Assembly: GCA_035510935.1 (NCBI GenBank)
Contig: DATKGA010000034.1
Span: 2,145 to 66,144, forward strand
Reading direction: 5' to 3'
DNA length: 64,000 nt
Source: Acidobacteriaceae bacterium
Lineage (GTDB): Bacteria; Acidobacteriota; Terriglobia; Terriglobales; Acidobacteriaceae
This document shows positions 41,044-50,365 of the stretch, in pieces (position 1 is the stretch's first letter; each line of letters begins with the position of its first letter). The position numbers and the translations under genes were made by a program. The notes under the pieces were generated by a model that was given only the letters and a program-made list of their open reading frames with translations, searched no databases and had not been told where the DNA came from.

Positions 41044-42425
41044 AGTTAACTCTGAAACAGGTGGCCGAGTGGATGCACGCCAAAGGCGAGTTCGCGGCGA
41101 ACGCGGAGGCGACTGGCACCTCGATCGATTCGCGCACGATTGCGGCGGGAGAGCTATTCTTTGCGGTGCGCGGTGAACACTTCGATGGGCACGACTTTGT
41201 GCAGGCGGCGCTTGCCAAAGACGCTGTGGCCGCAGTGGTGAGAGCGGGATGGAATGCGCCTGACGGGACCGACGCGAGCCGTCTGCTACGTGTTCGGGAA
41301 ACAGAGGTCGACTGCGTGCTTGAGGCCTTGCAGCGGCTGGCGCTGATGGTGCGGCGGCACTGGGGCAGGCGAGTGATCGGGGTGACCGGATCGGCGGGCA
41401 AGACAACGACCAAGGACGCGGTCGCGCAGGTGCTGGGCTCGCGCTTTCGGGTGCTGAAGTCGCAGGGAAATCTGAACAACGCATTCGGGCTGCCGCTGCA
41501 ACTGTTGAGGCTGGAGGCCGAAGACGAGGTCGCGGTGATCGAGATGGGGATGAACCACTCGGGCGAGATCACAGCACTGGCGCACGTCGCCGAGCCGGAC
41601 TGGGGCGTGGTGACGAATGTCGCACCGGTGCATCTGGAGCACTTTGCCGATGGCATTGCAGGGATTGCGCGCGCGAAGTATGAACTGATAGAGGCGCTGC
41701 CGCCGGATGGAATCGCGGTGCTGAACTGTGACGATACCTATGTAACTAAATTTGGCGATGGGATGGGCGGGCGCGCAGTCTTTTATGGAACGGGCGAGTG
41801 CGCCGAGGTGCGCGCGGTGCAGATCACTGAGCTTGGCTCGGAGGGCGTGTTGTTTACGGTGACTGCGCAAGGAGAACGAGCGAGCGTACAACTGCATCTG
41901 CTGGGCCGTCACAACGTGCACAACGCGCTGGCGGCGATTGCAGTGGGGCTGCGCAGCGGTATCCCGCTGGCGGAGTGCGCGGCGGCGCTGGGCGAGCTGC
42001 GTGCGGGCGACAAGCGGGGCGAGGTGTTTGAGTGGTGTGGAGTTAAGTGTATCAACGACTGTTACAATTCTAATCCGCGCGCGCTGGATGCGATGGTGGA
42101 CGCGCTGCTGGCGATGCCGGTGGCACACGAAGGAAGGCACATTGTGGTGGCGGGCGAGATGCTGGAGCTGGGGCCCGCGGGCGAGGAGATGCATCGGGCG
42201 TGCGGGCGGCGCATGGCGGAGCGCGGCGTAGATGTGGTGGTGGGAGTGCGCGGGCTGGCGGCTGCGCTGGTGGAGGGAGCGGCCGCGACGGAGGCGCACT
42301 TTGTGGAGACGCCGGAGGAGGCCGGGGCGTGGCTCAGGGAGAACCTGCGGCCGGGTGACGCGGTGCTGCTGAAGGCCTCGCGCGGAGTGAAGCTGGAGCG
42401 CGCGCTCGCCTCGCTGACGGATTAA
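41040..42425 (+). CDS. murF: UDP-N-acetylmuramoyl-tripeptide--D-alanyl-D-alanine ligase
   Basis: VTGSAGKTTTKD P-loop and DCYNSNP. The GTG start overlaps the murE stop (GTGA). Confidence 0.92.
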   Translation: MKLTLKQVAEWMHAKGEFAANAEATGTSIDSRTIAAGELFFAVRGEHFDGHDFVQAALAKDAVAAVVRAGWNAPDGTDASRLLRVRETEVDCVLEALQRLALMVRRHWGRRVIGVTGSAGKTTTKDAVAQVLGSRFRVLKSQGNLNNAFGLPLQLLRLEAEDEVAVIEMGMNHSGEITALAHVAEPDWGVVTNVAPVHLEHFADGIAGIARAKYELIEALPPDGIAVLNCDDTYVTKFGDGMGGRAVFYGTGECAEVRAVQITELGSEGVLFTVTAQGERASVQLHLLGRHNVHNALAAIAVGLRSGIPLAECAAALGELRAGDKRGEVFEWCGVKCINDCYNSNPRALDAMVDALLAMPVAHEGRHIVVAGEMLELGPAGEEMHRACGRRMAERGVDVVVGVRGLAAALVEGAAATEAHFVETPEEAGAWLRENLRPGDAVLLKASRGVKLERALASLTD

Positions 42426-42469
42426 TTTGGCGGCGACGAAGATAATTTCTGGGCCTCGTTGCTGTGGAT

Positions 42470-45400
42470 TCAGGCGAGGGGCCACCAGAGCAGGCGGGGC
42501 AGGGTGGGGTAGTAGAGGGCGAGGCGGACTTCCGTGGGCGCGGGACGGTCTGGGGGGTGCGGGGGCTGGGTGAGTACGCGGGCGTAGGTCTCCAGCTGGG
42601 GAGCGTAGGCGGCTCGCTGTTCGGCGAGGAAATCGTCGAGGACGGAGGAGCCGTAGTCGGAGGTCTTGTAGTCGACGATCCAGAGGACGTCGTCTCCGGG
42701 GGCGCGTGGTTCGGGTCCGGCACGGAAGATGCGATCGATACGGATAGAGATGGGGGGCATTGGGGCTGACGGCCTGGGGTCGTGTGCCTCGGGCCAGGCG
42801 GTGAGGGCGAGTTCGTTGGCGGCGCAGGAGTTGGGTGCAAGCAGCCAGAGACCATCCGGGTCGCGCAGGACGTTTTCCAGTGCAGCGCGGGTATCTCGAG
42901 CGAGGCGGTTGACGATGACTTGGGCGAGGCCGTCGGCGCGCAGGAGGGCGGTGATACGCGGGCCCCAAGCGGGAAGCTCTGTGAGAAGGGCGGCGGGTGA
43001 GTGTCCGTTGGCAATGCGATCGGCGAAGATTTCGAGGGCGGCGTGGACGACGTTGCCGAAGGTGCGCGCGGCAAACGAGCCCTCGGGGCGTGAGAACGAG
43101 GCCAGGCTGGAGGCGGCGTCGCTGTCAGGATCGCCGTAGGGCAATTTGTGGGCGCGGGCCGCGGCGAAACGAGCGGCGGGATCGAAGGCGAGCGGGAGGC
43201 GTTGCAGGTTGGAGTGGGACGGGGCTGCTGCGGCGGCGAGGTCGAGGTCGTTCGTGGGTTTGGAGACGTGAAAATTCGTGGCATTCGACCTACTCATCGC
43301 ATGAGACAAAGGCGCGATGAATGGGGCACCCAGTTTCCCGTCTGTTCCCAGTTCGCTGTCTAGTATTGAGGAGGCCGGGGCGAAGTGAGGTTCGGCGGCG
43401 GGCCAGGCGGCCTGTAGTAGGCTATCGAATCGGGGACGGATCTCTCCGCTGGAGGTGAGTTGAGGCGCAGCGAAGAGGTGCAGCTCCTGGCGGGCGCGGG
43501 TGCAGGCGACATAGAAGAGACGTTTGCGTTCGGCGGCCTCGCGGGCGCGATGCATTCTATTGAGCCAATTGTTGAGCGCCTTCGACGGCTCACCGCGTCC
43601 GGCGATGGGAGCGAGCATGATATGGGCCGCGGTGTCGCCGGATGATTCGGGCGGTTCAAGCTCGGACCAGGTGAGCAGGCGGGAGTGATTTGTTGCTGGC
43701 TGGCGTTCGAGGGACGGAACTAGGACGACGTCCCACTCCAGCCCCTTGGCCTTGTGGATGGTGAGGAGCTCGACGAACGAGGTATCGGGAGGGATGGGAT
43801 TTGGCTGGGCGTAGAGCTGTTTCAGGTTCTCTTCGATGCGGGTGGAATCGAGCAGGAGGGGGGAGGAATAATCTTCTTGTGTATCTTGAAGTTTATCTAA
43901 TAATTCAAAGTAAATAATAGTATTTATTGTCTCTTCGCTGCTGAGAGATACATCGCCGCCGAGGGAGTGCCAGGCGCGTTCCACAAGCTGGGCGGTGGTG
44001 AGGCGAGCACGCTGCCCGGCGGTGGATTCTAGAACCGAGGAGACGCGGGCCAAGCGCTGGCGGGAGTCTTCGGGGAGCAGGTGGGCGCGCTCGGCCATGA
44101 GGCGCTGGATGGAGTGATCTTTGAGGGTGGGATCGTCTGCCCCGGTGAGCAGATGTAAGTCGGCCAGCGAGAGTCCGCAGCAGGGTGAGCGCAGAAGGGC
44201 AAGCGAGGCGACACGGTCTGCCGGGTGGAGCAGGGCGCGGGTGAGCGCGACGAGGTCGAGGACCTCCTGCCGCTGGTCGAGGGATTCGATCTCGACCGCG
44301 CGGAAGGGGATTGTTTCTTCCTGTTTCAAGGCTGCGACAACTTCGTTGAGATGGGTACGGCTGCGTACCAGGACGGCGATGCGCCAGGGTTCGATGCGGC
44401 CCGAAGGAAGTGGTTTTGCGAGCCACTCGCGGGCGATGCGGCAGATCTCCTGGGCATCGCGGCGGGCCTGCTGCTGTTTGAGTCGGTGGGGCGTGAGGAA
44501 GGCGGGTGGAAAGGTGGTTCGCGCTTCGCGCAATTGCCCACTTATATCGAGAGACAAAGGCGCGATGAATAGGGCACCCGGTTCTGTGGTGGAAGCGGGC
44601 AGAGGGTTGGTGTGCCAGACGGTAGCACTGGCGTAAGCTGAAGCTGGGAGCGTGGATTGGGCGGGGGTATAGGGGAGGGTTTGAGGGGATGCCTCTTCGG
44701 GGAAGATGAGGGTGAAGTCGCGATTGAACTGATCGACGAGAGTGCGTTGGGAGCGGAAGTTAGCGGTGAGGCGGAGACGGGTGAGGGGCAGGTCGCCGAG
44801 GCGCTGGGTGTGCAGGGCGCGGATGAATCGCTCGACCCGCGCCTGGCGGAAGAGATAGATGGATTGGCGGGGATCGCCGACTAGGAAGACGGTCTGCGAG
44901 TAGCCGTCCCAGTTCCGGGTGAGGAGTTCGATGAGGTCGTACTGGCCAGTGGAGGTGTCCTGCATCTCGTCGACGAGGAGGTGTTGCAGGCGGGCTCCGA
45001 GGGCGGCGGCAAGGTCTTCCGGGCCGGAGTCCTCGGCGAGGGCATGACGGGCGAGCAAATTGAATTCGGTGAAGTCGCATTGATTGCGGACGGCGAAGAC
45101 GAGTTGAAGTTCCACGAGCGCGCGGCTGAGTATGCGGAAGAGGGATTTGGCGACGGCCCACTGGTCTTCGGGGTAGTGTGCGGGAGGTAGCGAGCGGATA
45201 TTTTGGAAGGCGAGGAGGAGGTCGTCGCGACCGTTGAGTTGATTGAGAATGGCAACCAAGCGGGGGTGGGAAGGTGATTTTTTATTGTAGTTAAACTTTA
45301 ATGTTTTCTTGTTAATCCCTCTTTCTTTACGTAGTTCTCCACTATCAATAATCAGTAGGTGGATCAAGGCGCGCCAGTGATCGAGGTCAGTGGTGAGGGG

Positions 45401-46420
45401 CCTGGGAGGGGTGCGCAAGCCGGCGCAGAGAGCGATGGGAGATGGGATTTCTGGGTCGTACGGGGCGGCGTCAGCGAGGTCGGCGGCGAGGGCAGTGAGC
45501 TCCGCGAGGAGCTCGGCGGGAAAGGCTTGCGCGAGCGGGGCGAGGGAAGCCTGGATGGCGTGGTCGAGAGCGAGTTCGAGGCGAGGCCGGACGTTGTCGT
45601 CGAGCCATGCGTCGTCGAGCTGGCTGGGGGTGAGGGGGATGAGATCGCCCCACTGGTCGCGCAGGCTGAGCATTTCGGCGAGCAGGGATTCACAGTCGGC
45701 GAGGTTGCCGTCGCGGTGCAGGAGGAGGTTGCGGAGGGCGTGGTCGAAGGTTGCGTCGCCAGAGCCGAGCTGAAGTAGAGTGCGGCGAGCGGCCTCGCGG
45801 TGGAGGGGATTGGCGTCGTCAGCGGGAGTGAGGCGTCCGCCGGAGCCGGAGAGCACGGGCAGAGTGCGCGCGATCTGAGCGCAGACCGAGTCGATGGTGC
45901 GGATGTTGAGGCGGTGTGGGTGGTCGAGAAGCTGCCAGCCTAGCTGGCGGTCGCGGGCGAGGACAGCGTGGGCGAGGGTAAGGGTTTCAGTTTGGAAGTC
46001 GTTGGCTGGTGGATTGTCGTCTCCTACCCATCGCGCTGCCACCCCAGCGAGCAAAGAGCGCTCGCCGGGAACCCCGGTCGCTGCGATGGATGGAGCACCC
46101 GGCTCGTCTGGCTCCGAATCCGCGGCGGCGAGCTGATTCAGAATTTTGGAGTCGTAGAATTGAGCTGCGGCGGAGAGATGGGCCAGGACACGATCGCGCA
46201 TCTCGGCGGTGGCTTTGAGGGTGAAGGTGATGGCGAGGACCTGCTCGGGCTGCTCGACGGAGGGGTCTGTGAGGAGTTTGAGCAGACGCTGGATGAGCAG
46301 GCCGGTTTTGCCGGAGCCGGCGGGAGCTTCGACGATGAAGGAGCGGCGGATGTCGAGGGCCTGACGGCGGGCATCGGCGTCGGGTGGGTGGCTGGATGGA
46401 AAACGGAGGGGTTCAGCCAC
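42470..46420 (-). CDS. addA: AddA-like UvrD-family helicase with C-terminal PD-(D/E)XK nuclease (double-strand break repair)
   Basis: Walker A APAGSGKTG near the N-terminus. UvrD motifs (LVDEMQDTS, VGDPRQSIYLFR, TIHKAKGLEWD, LFYVACTRAR). Nuclease motifs IDRIF ... IVDYKT ... QLETYA at the C-terminus. I prefer the GTG at 46420 (GGAGG 7 nt upstream), which overlaps the addB stop by 8 nt; the track extension to 46630 is rejected. Confidence 0.88.
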   Translation of the reverse strand: MAEPLRFPSSHPPDADARRQALDIRRSFIVEAPAGSGKTGLLIQRLLKLLTDPSVEQPEQVLAITFTLKATAEMRDRVLAHLSAAAQFYDSKILNQLAAADSEPDEPGAPSIAATGVPGERSLLAGVAARWVGDDNPPANDFQTETLTLAHAVLARDRQLGWQLLDHPHRLNIRTIDSVCAQIARTLPVLSGSGGRLTPADDANPLHREAARRTLLQLGSGDATFDHALRNLLLHRDGNLADCESLLAEMLSLRDQWGDLIPLTPSQLDDAWLDDNVRPRLELALDHAIQASLAPLAQAFPAELLAELTALAADLADAAPYDPEIPSPIALCAGLRTPPRPLTTDLDHWRALIHLLIIDSGELRKERGINKKTLKFNYNKKSPSHPRLVAILNQLNGRDDLLLAFQNIRSLPPAHYPEDQWAVAKSLFRILSRALVELQLVFAVRNQCDFTEFNLLARHALAEDSGPEDLAAALGARLQHLLVDEMQDTSTGQYDLIELLTRNWDGYSQTVFLVGDPRQSIYLFRQARVERFIRALHTQRLGDLPLTRLRLTANFRSQRTLVDQFNRDFTLIFPEEASPQTLPYTPAQSTLPASAYASATVWHTNPLPASTTEPGALFIAPLSLDISGQLREARTTFPPAFLTPHRLKQQQARRDAQEICRIAREWLAKPLPSGRIEPWRIAVLVRSRTHLNEVVAALKQEETIPFRAVEIESLDQRQEVLDLVALTRALLHPADRVASLALLRSPCCGLSLADLHLLTGADDPTLKDHSIQRLMAERAHLLPEDSRQRLARVSSVLESTAGQRARLTTAQLVERAWHSLGGDVSLSSEETINTIIYFELLDKLQDTQEDYSSPLLLDSTRIEENLKQLYAQPNPIPPDTSFVELLTIHKAKGLEWDVVLVPSLERQPATNHSRLLTWSELEPPESSGDTAAHIMLAPIAGRGEPSKALNNWLNRMHRAREAAERKRLFYVACTRARQELHLFAAPQLTSSGEIRPRFDSLLQAAWPAAEPHFAPASSILDSELGTDGKLGAPFIAPLSHAMSRSNATNFHVSKPTNDLDLAAAAAPSHSNLQRLPLAFDPAARFAAARAHKLPYGDPDSDAASSLASFSRPEGSFAARTFGNVVHAALEIFADRIANGHSPAALLTELPAWGPRITALLRADGLAQVIVNRLARDTRAALENVLRDPDGLWLLAPNSCAANELALTAWPEAHDPRPSAPMPPISIRIDRIFRAGPEPRAPGDDVLWIVDYKTSDYGSSVLDDFLAEQRAAYAPQLETYARVLTQPPHPPDRPAPTEVRLALYYPTLPRLLWWPLA

Positions 46421-49283
46421 GGGCGGCCTCCGGGCTATCGGAATCGGAGGAGTTGGGATCAGTGTCCGTGCCGTCGTCGATAGCATCGACGTTGAGAGTG
46501 ACGGGATTAAGGCGGCAGAGCAGACGCTGATCGCAGTGGCTACAGGTATTCGGGTAATCCTTGGGATCGACGCTGGCACGACCGGAGTAGAAGTCTTCGG
46601 CCAGCGCTGTGAGGACACCGCGCCACTCATGGACTTGGGACCGTAGGCTTGCGGCTTTCAATTTTGCCGGCTTGGGCAGGACGCCATCGCGAGACTGATA
46701 GCCCTGGAGGCCCATGTCCTTGCCGAGACGGACGCTGGCGAATGCGACTGCTGCGAGGTTTTGGGCGTCCTTGCCAACAGCCGCAGCGGTGGAGACGACG
46801 GCGTAGAGCGGGAGCTGCGGCTGGTCGGGCCGCTCACCAAGCCAGTCGGCGGGGCGGGCAGCGCCGGTCTTATAGTCGAGTATGATCTCGCCAGCGGGTT
46901 GGATGTTGTTTCCCTCTCCGAGTGCGAGGTCGACGCGATCGATGCGGATGTCGAGGCGGAGGGGGCCGATCTGAACGTCGTGGAGCTTCTCTTCGCGAGT
47001 CTGGACGGTGAAGGGTGGGCGCTTGTCAGCCTCGTAATCGAGCCACGGACCGAGGAGATTGAGCAGGCGCTGGCGTTCTGAGTTAAGGTAGGCGCGGGGC
47101 CAGCCGGCGGCGGGATGGAAGTAGTCCCTGGCGAAGGCCTCGTCGATGGATTGATTGAGCAGAGTATCGCGCTGGTCACGAGTAAGGAGCTTGAGCGCGG
47201 CCTGGGTCTCGACCTTCGTCCAGAATTTTTCCATGACGGAGTGGACGAGGTTGCCACGCTGGAGTGGATCGAGGCCGAGCGAGGAGGGTTCGAGTGCGGA
47301 GGCGAAGAGACGCTTCTCGGCGAAGGCGCGGAAGCCGCAGGCAGCCTGCGATTGGAGTATGGACGCGCCGCCTGGCAGAACGCGATCGGGTGGGGGCGGG
47401 ATGGGTGCGTCGTCCGGTAGGGGTTCAAGCTGGATGGGTGCGGAAGCGGGTTCGGGGGGAGCGATCTGATGAGCACCGAGGATTTCGAGAGAAAAGCTAG
47501 TTACGGCTAAACCAGTCGCGGATAAACCAGTAATTAGGGGGGAGGGGCGCTGGTGGCCGTTCTCGATTGACTGGTGTGCGTAACTGAAGAGGACGGTGGG
47601 CGCGCTGGCGGCGATGCGCTGAGTGATGCGGCGGGCGTGGGAGGTGTCTTGCGTGGGATCGGCGCCAGGCATGGCGAGTTCGCGCTGTAGGAGCCAGGGC
47701 AGAAGAGGATTGGGAACGGGTCGGGCAGGCCATGCGAGGTCGTCAGCGCCGAGAAACCAGAGGGCGTCGAAGCCGGAGCCAGCGGACTCCAGCGGCCCCA
47801 TGATCTGGATGGGCGCGTGTCTCGACTCCGGCGCGAAGAGGGTTTGGGAGGCGATACGAGCCAGTGCGGCGAGCGCGTCAGAAAAGGAGACTCGCGTGCC
47901 GTTGGAGCGGGAGTCGAAAGCTGAATCAAAATCGAGGCTTGCCAGCTCGTCGAGAGCGCCGTCCCATTTGCGGCGGGTCTGGAACTCGGTACTGCTGTCG
48001 CGTCCGCTGGCGGCCCATCCGGCAGCGTCGAGCAACTCGTGGAAGGCTGCGGCCCAGTCTGCGTGGCTGCGCTCCGCGCGGTCGATGCGCGGGAAGATCG
48101 CGCGCAGGGCGCTCAGGCGCTGAAGTATAAGAGGCAGGTTGGTGGCACCGTGCTTCGGGTTGGAGACGAGCGAGTGCAGATCGTCGAGCGAAATCTGGGG
48201 TTGAAGGAGGTGTTGGCGGCGCAGGACAAAGGCGTCAAACTCTGCGCGGGCAAGGTATTCGGATGCGCCGGGCGATCTATGGGCGGCGAAGTGGGGCGAG
48301 AGCAGCAGCGCACTGACGCGGTCGAGGGGAAGCGGGCCGGTGGCCCAGCGCAGAATGTCGAGTGCGGTGGCGGCCATCGGTGTACTGGCCAAGGGGATGC
48401 CAAGCGAGAATTCGTAGGGACTGGTGCCGGCAGGCGTGGAGATGTCGTTGAGTTCGGGCGCAAGCGTTTGCCGGAAGACGCGGTCGATCTCGGCGCGGTT
48501 GGTCTCGATGGCTGGAACAATGACGGCGATGCGTGAGGCGGGTTGCCGGGTGAGATGGGCGCGCAGCCAGCGAGCGCAGGCGGAGAACTCGTCGCGCTGG
48601 TCACTGGCGTCGACCAGAGTGATGCTGGGTGCAGGGGAGCCTAGTTCAAGCTCTTCGAAGTCGCAACCGGCAGCACGGATGGCGCCGAGCAGAGCGGTCT
48701 GCGCGGGGTTTCTTAAGTCGAATCCGACGAGAAGGAGGCCGGTTGGAGGAGCGAGGCGGCCCGCTGCGAATACGGCGCGCAGGGTTTCGGGGAGCTGCGC
48801 CTCGGTGAGGTATTTCGCGCGTGTACAGCGGAGATCAAACTCGCTGGCCCAGCGGGCGAAGGCGCGTGTGTCGGAGTTGACTATGGCAGCTTGCAGACGG
48901 CGGCGGGCGCGGTAGTCGTGCAGAAGACGCCATGCGTCGGCAGCGAGCTCGGCGAGTGCGTCGACGGGGCGGAGGCTGAGCACTGCTCCATCGGGCGCTG
49001 TGTCTGCCACGATGATGGCGCGCCAGAGGGTATGCTCCTGGGTGGAGTTGAGCAGAAGATCAGTGGCGTGGCCATCCAGCAGCAGGCGGTGCCAGATGCT
49101 GATGAGCCATGTCTCCCACGCAAGGATTTGTGGAGGCTCCCAGTGGGTGAGACCGAGCGCGCGCTGGTGAAGATCGAAGATGTGGTGGAGGGTGCGTGCG
49201 GCGCGCTGGTTGGCGGTGACGACGGTGAAGCCGCGCTCGAGCGCCTGTTGAATCTGCCGGGGCAGCGCGGCGGATGAGTCCAT
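46413..49283 (-). CDS. addB: AddB-like PD-(D/E)XK nuclease subunit (alphaproteobacterial-type addB-addA gene order)
   Basis: A large protein immediately upstream of, and overlapping, addA. The C-terminal nuclease/iron-sulfur region has ILDYKTG and CSHCDQRLLC. I see no obvious Walker A. Start chosen at MDSSAALPRQ (49283), so it does not overlap the divergent gene. Confidence 0.8.
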   Translation of the reverse strand: MDSSAALPRQIQQALERGFTVVTANQRAARTLHHIFDLHQRALGLTHWEPPQILAWETWLISIWHRLLLDGHATDLLLNSTQEHTLWRAIIVADTAPDGAVLSLRPVDALAELAADAWRLLHDYRARRRLQAAIVNSDTRAFARWASEFDLRCTRAKYLTEAQLPETLRAVFAAGRLAPPTGLLLVGFDLRNPAQTALLGAIRAAGCDFEELELGSPAPSITLVDASDQRDEFSACARWLRAHLTRQPASRIAVIVPAIETNRAEIDRVFRQTLAPELNDISTPAGTSPYEFSLGIPLASTPMAATALDILRWATGPLPLDRVSALLLSPHFAAHRSPGASEYLARAEFDAFVLRRQHLLQPQISLDDLHSLVSNPKHGATNLPLILQRLSALRAIFPRIDRAERSHADWAAAFHELLDAAGWAASGRDSSTEFQTRRKWDGALDELASLDFDSAFDSRSNGTRVSFSDALAALARIASQTLFAPESRHAPIQIMGPLESAGSGFDALWFLGADDLAWPARPVPNPLLPWLLQRELAMPGADPTQDTSHARRITQRIAASAPTVLFSYAHQSIENGHQRPSPLITGLSATGLAVTSFSLEILGAHQIAPPEPASAPIQLEPLPDDAPIPPPPDRVLPGGASILQSQAACGFRAFAEKRLFASALEPSSLGLDPLQRGNLVHSVMEKFWTKVETQAALKLLTRDQRDTLLNQSIDEAFARDYFHPAAGWPRAYLNSERQRLLNLLGPWLDYEADKRPPFTVQTREEKLHDVQIGPLRLDIRIDRVDLALGEGNNIQPAGEIILDYKTGAARPADWLGERPDQPQLPLYAVVSTAAAVGKDAQNLAAVAFASVRLGKDMGLQGYQSRDGVLPKPAKLKAASLRSQVHEWRGVLTALAEDFYSGRASVDPKDYPNTCSHCDQRLLCRLNPVTLNVDAIDDGTDTDPNSSDSDSPEAARG

Positions 49284-49389
49284 ACGCCTTTTATACGCCG
49301 GAAGGGTGCGGAAAACGCGGCGCGAGATGCACGGGCACCAGGTTGCGGCAAATAAGCGCAAGTATGATGGAGGCAGGAGAGAAGCGTCT

Positions 49390-50319
49390 ATGCGATTCGG
49401 GTTGCGAGCGGCTGCGGGGTTGATTCTGATTGCGACGTTGGTGGCTGGATGTAAACACTCGAGCAACGGTGCGCCGGGAGCGGCAGGTAGTACATCTGCG
49501 GCTGTGGGCGAGTTGAAGGCGTTTCCGGTTCGCGGGAAGATTGTGAGCGTGGACGCCGCGAAAGGAATGATCGTGCTGGACCACGAGGCAATACCGGGAT
49601 TCATGGACGCGATGACGATGCCGTACAAGCTGAAGGACGCCTCGGTGGCCAGCGAGCTGCATCCCGGCGACCGCATCACGGCGAAGATACTGGTGCACAA
49701 GGTGGGTGGGGACGATTACGAAGACCCGCTGCTGGATGAGATTGTGGTGACGGCGCAGGCGCGACCCGACTATAAGCCCATGGTGCAGTACCACGTTCCG
49801 ACGGCGGGCGACGCGGTGCCCGACTTCAAGCTGACCAATGAAGATGGCCGGGCAATCCATCTTGCCCAATTCAAGGGCCGAGTGCTTCTGCTGACCTTTG
49901 TGTACACGCGCTGCCCGCTGCCGGAGTTCTGCATCCGCATGAGCAGGAACTTCGCCCAGATTGACAAGGCGCTCGAGGCCGATCCGGCGCTGTATGCAAA
50001 GACGCACCTGCTAAGCATCAGCTTCGATCCGAAGGTCGATACTCCGGCGGTGCTGAAGAGCTACGGCGAGACGTATATCGGAGGCGACGCGAGGCGTGCA
50101 TTTACGCACTGGGACTTTGCCGTCCCACCTGCCAGTGAATTGGCCGCGCTGACGGAGTTCTTCGACGTGGGAATAACGCCGGGCGACGGGGGCACGCTGA
50201 CCCACTCGCTGTCGACGGCGCTGATTGGCAAGGACGGCAAGGTGCGAGAATGGTATCCCACCAACGAGTGGACGCCGAATGAAGTGCTGGCCGCGATGAA
50301 GAGCGCAGCGGCGGCGTGA
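49390..50319 (+). CDS. Lipoprotein with N-terminal CusF-like copper-binding domain fused to an SCO/SenC thioredoxin-like domain
   Basis: Lipobox LVAGC. FPVRGKIVSVDAAKGMIVLDHEAIPGFMDAMTMPYKL resembles CusF-type Cu(I) domains. The SCO-like part has GRVLLLTFVYTRCPLPEFC and a downstream His (LTHS). Confidence 0.75.
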   Translation: MRFGLRAAAGLILIATLVAGCKHSSNGAPGAAGSTSAAVGELKAFPVRGKIVSVDAAKGMIVLDHEAIPGFMDAMTMPYKLKDASVASELHPGDRITAKILVHKVGGDDYEDPLLDEIVVTAQARPDYKPMVQYHVPTAGDAVPDFKLTNEDGRAIHLAQFKGRVLLLTFVYTRCPLPEFCIRMSRNFAQIDKALEADPALYAKTHLLSISFDPKVDTPAVLKSYGETYIGGDARRAFTHWDFAVPPASELAALTEFFDVGITPGDGGTLTHSLSTALIGKDGKVREWYPTNEWTPNEVLAAMKSAAAA

Positions 50320-50365
50320 GGGAAGACTCTTCGGTATTGTTGAACAAGGACAAGGAGTTCACGAT

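Noticed and set aside
46421-46630. Upstream extensions of addA (to 46630), addB (to 49700), nifJ (258), the DHODH-like gene (3800), the FAD oxidoreductase (20087), rsmH (35494) and others in the track.
   Set aside because: The extensions overlap the preceding gene or consist of low-complexity sequence. Internal starts with Shine-Dalgarno-like sequences coincide with the beginning of family homology.
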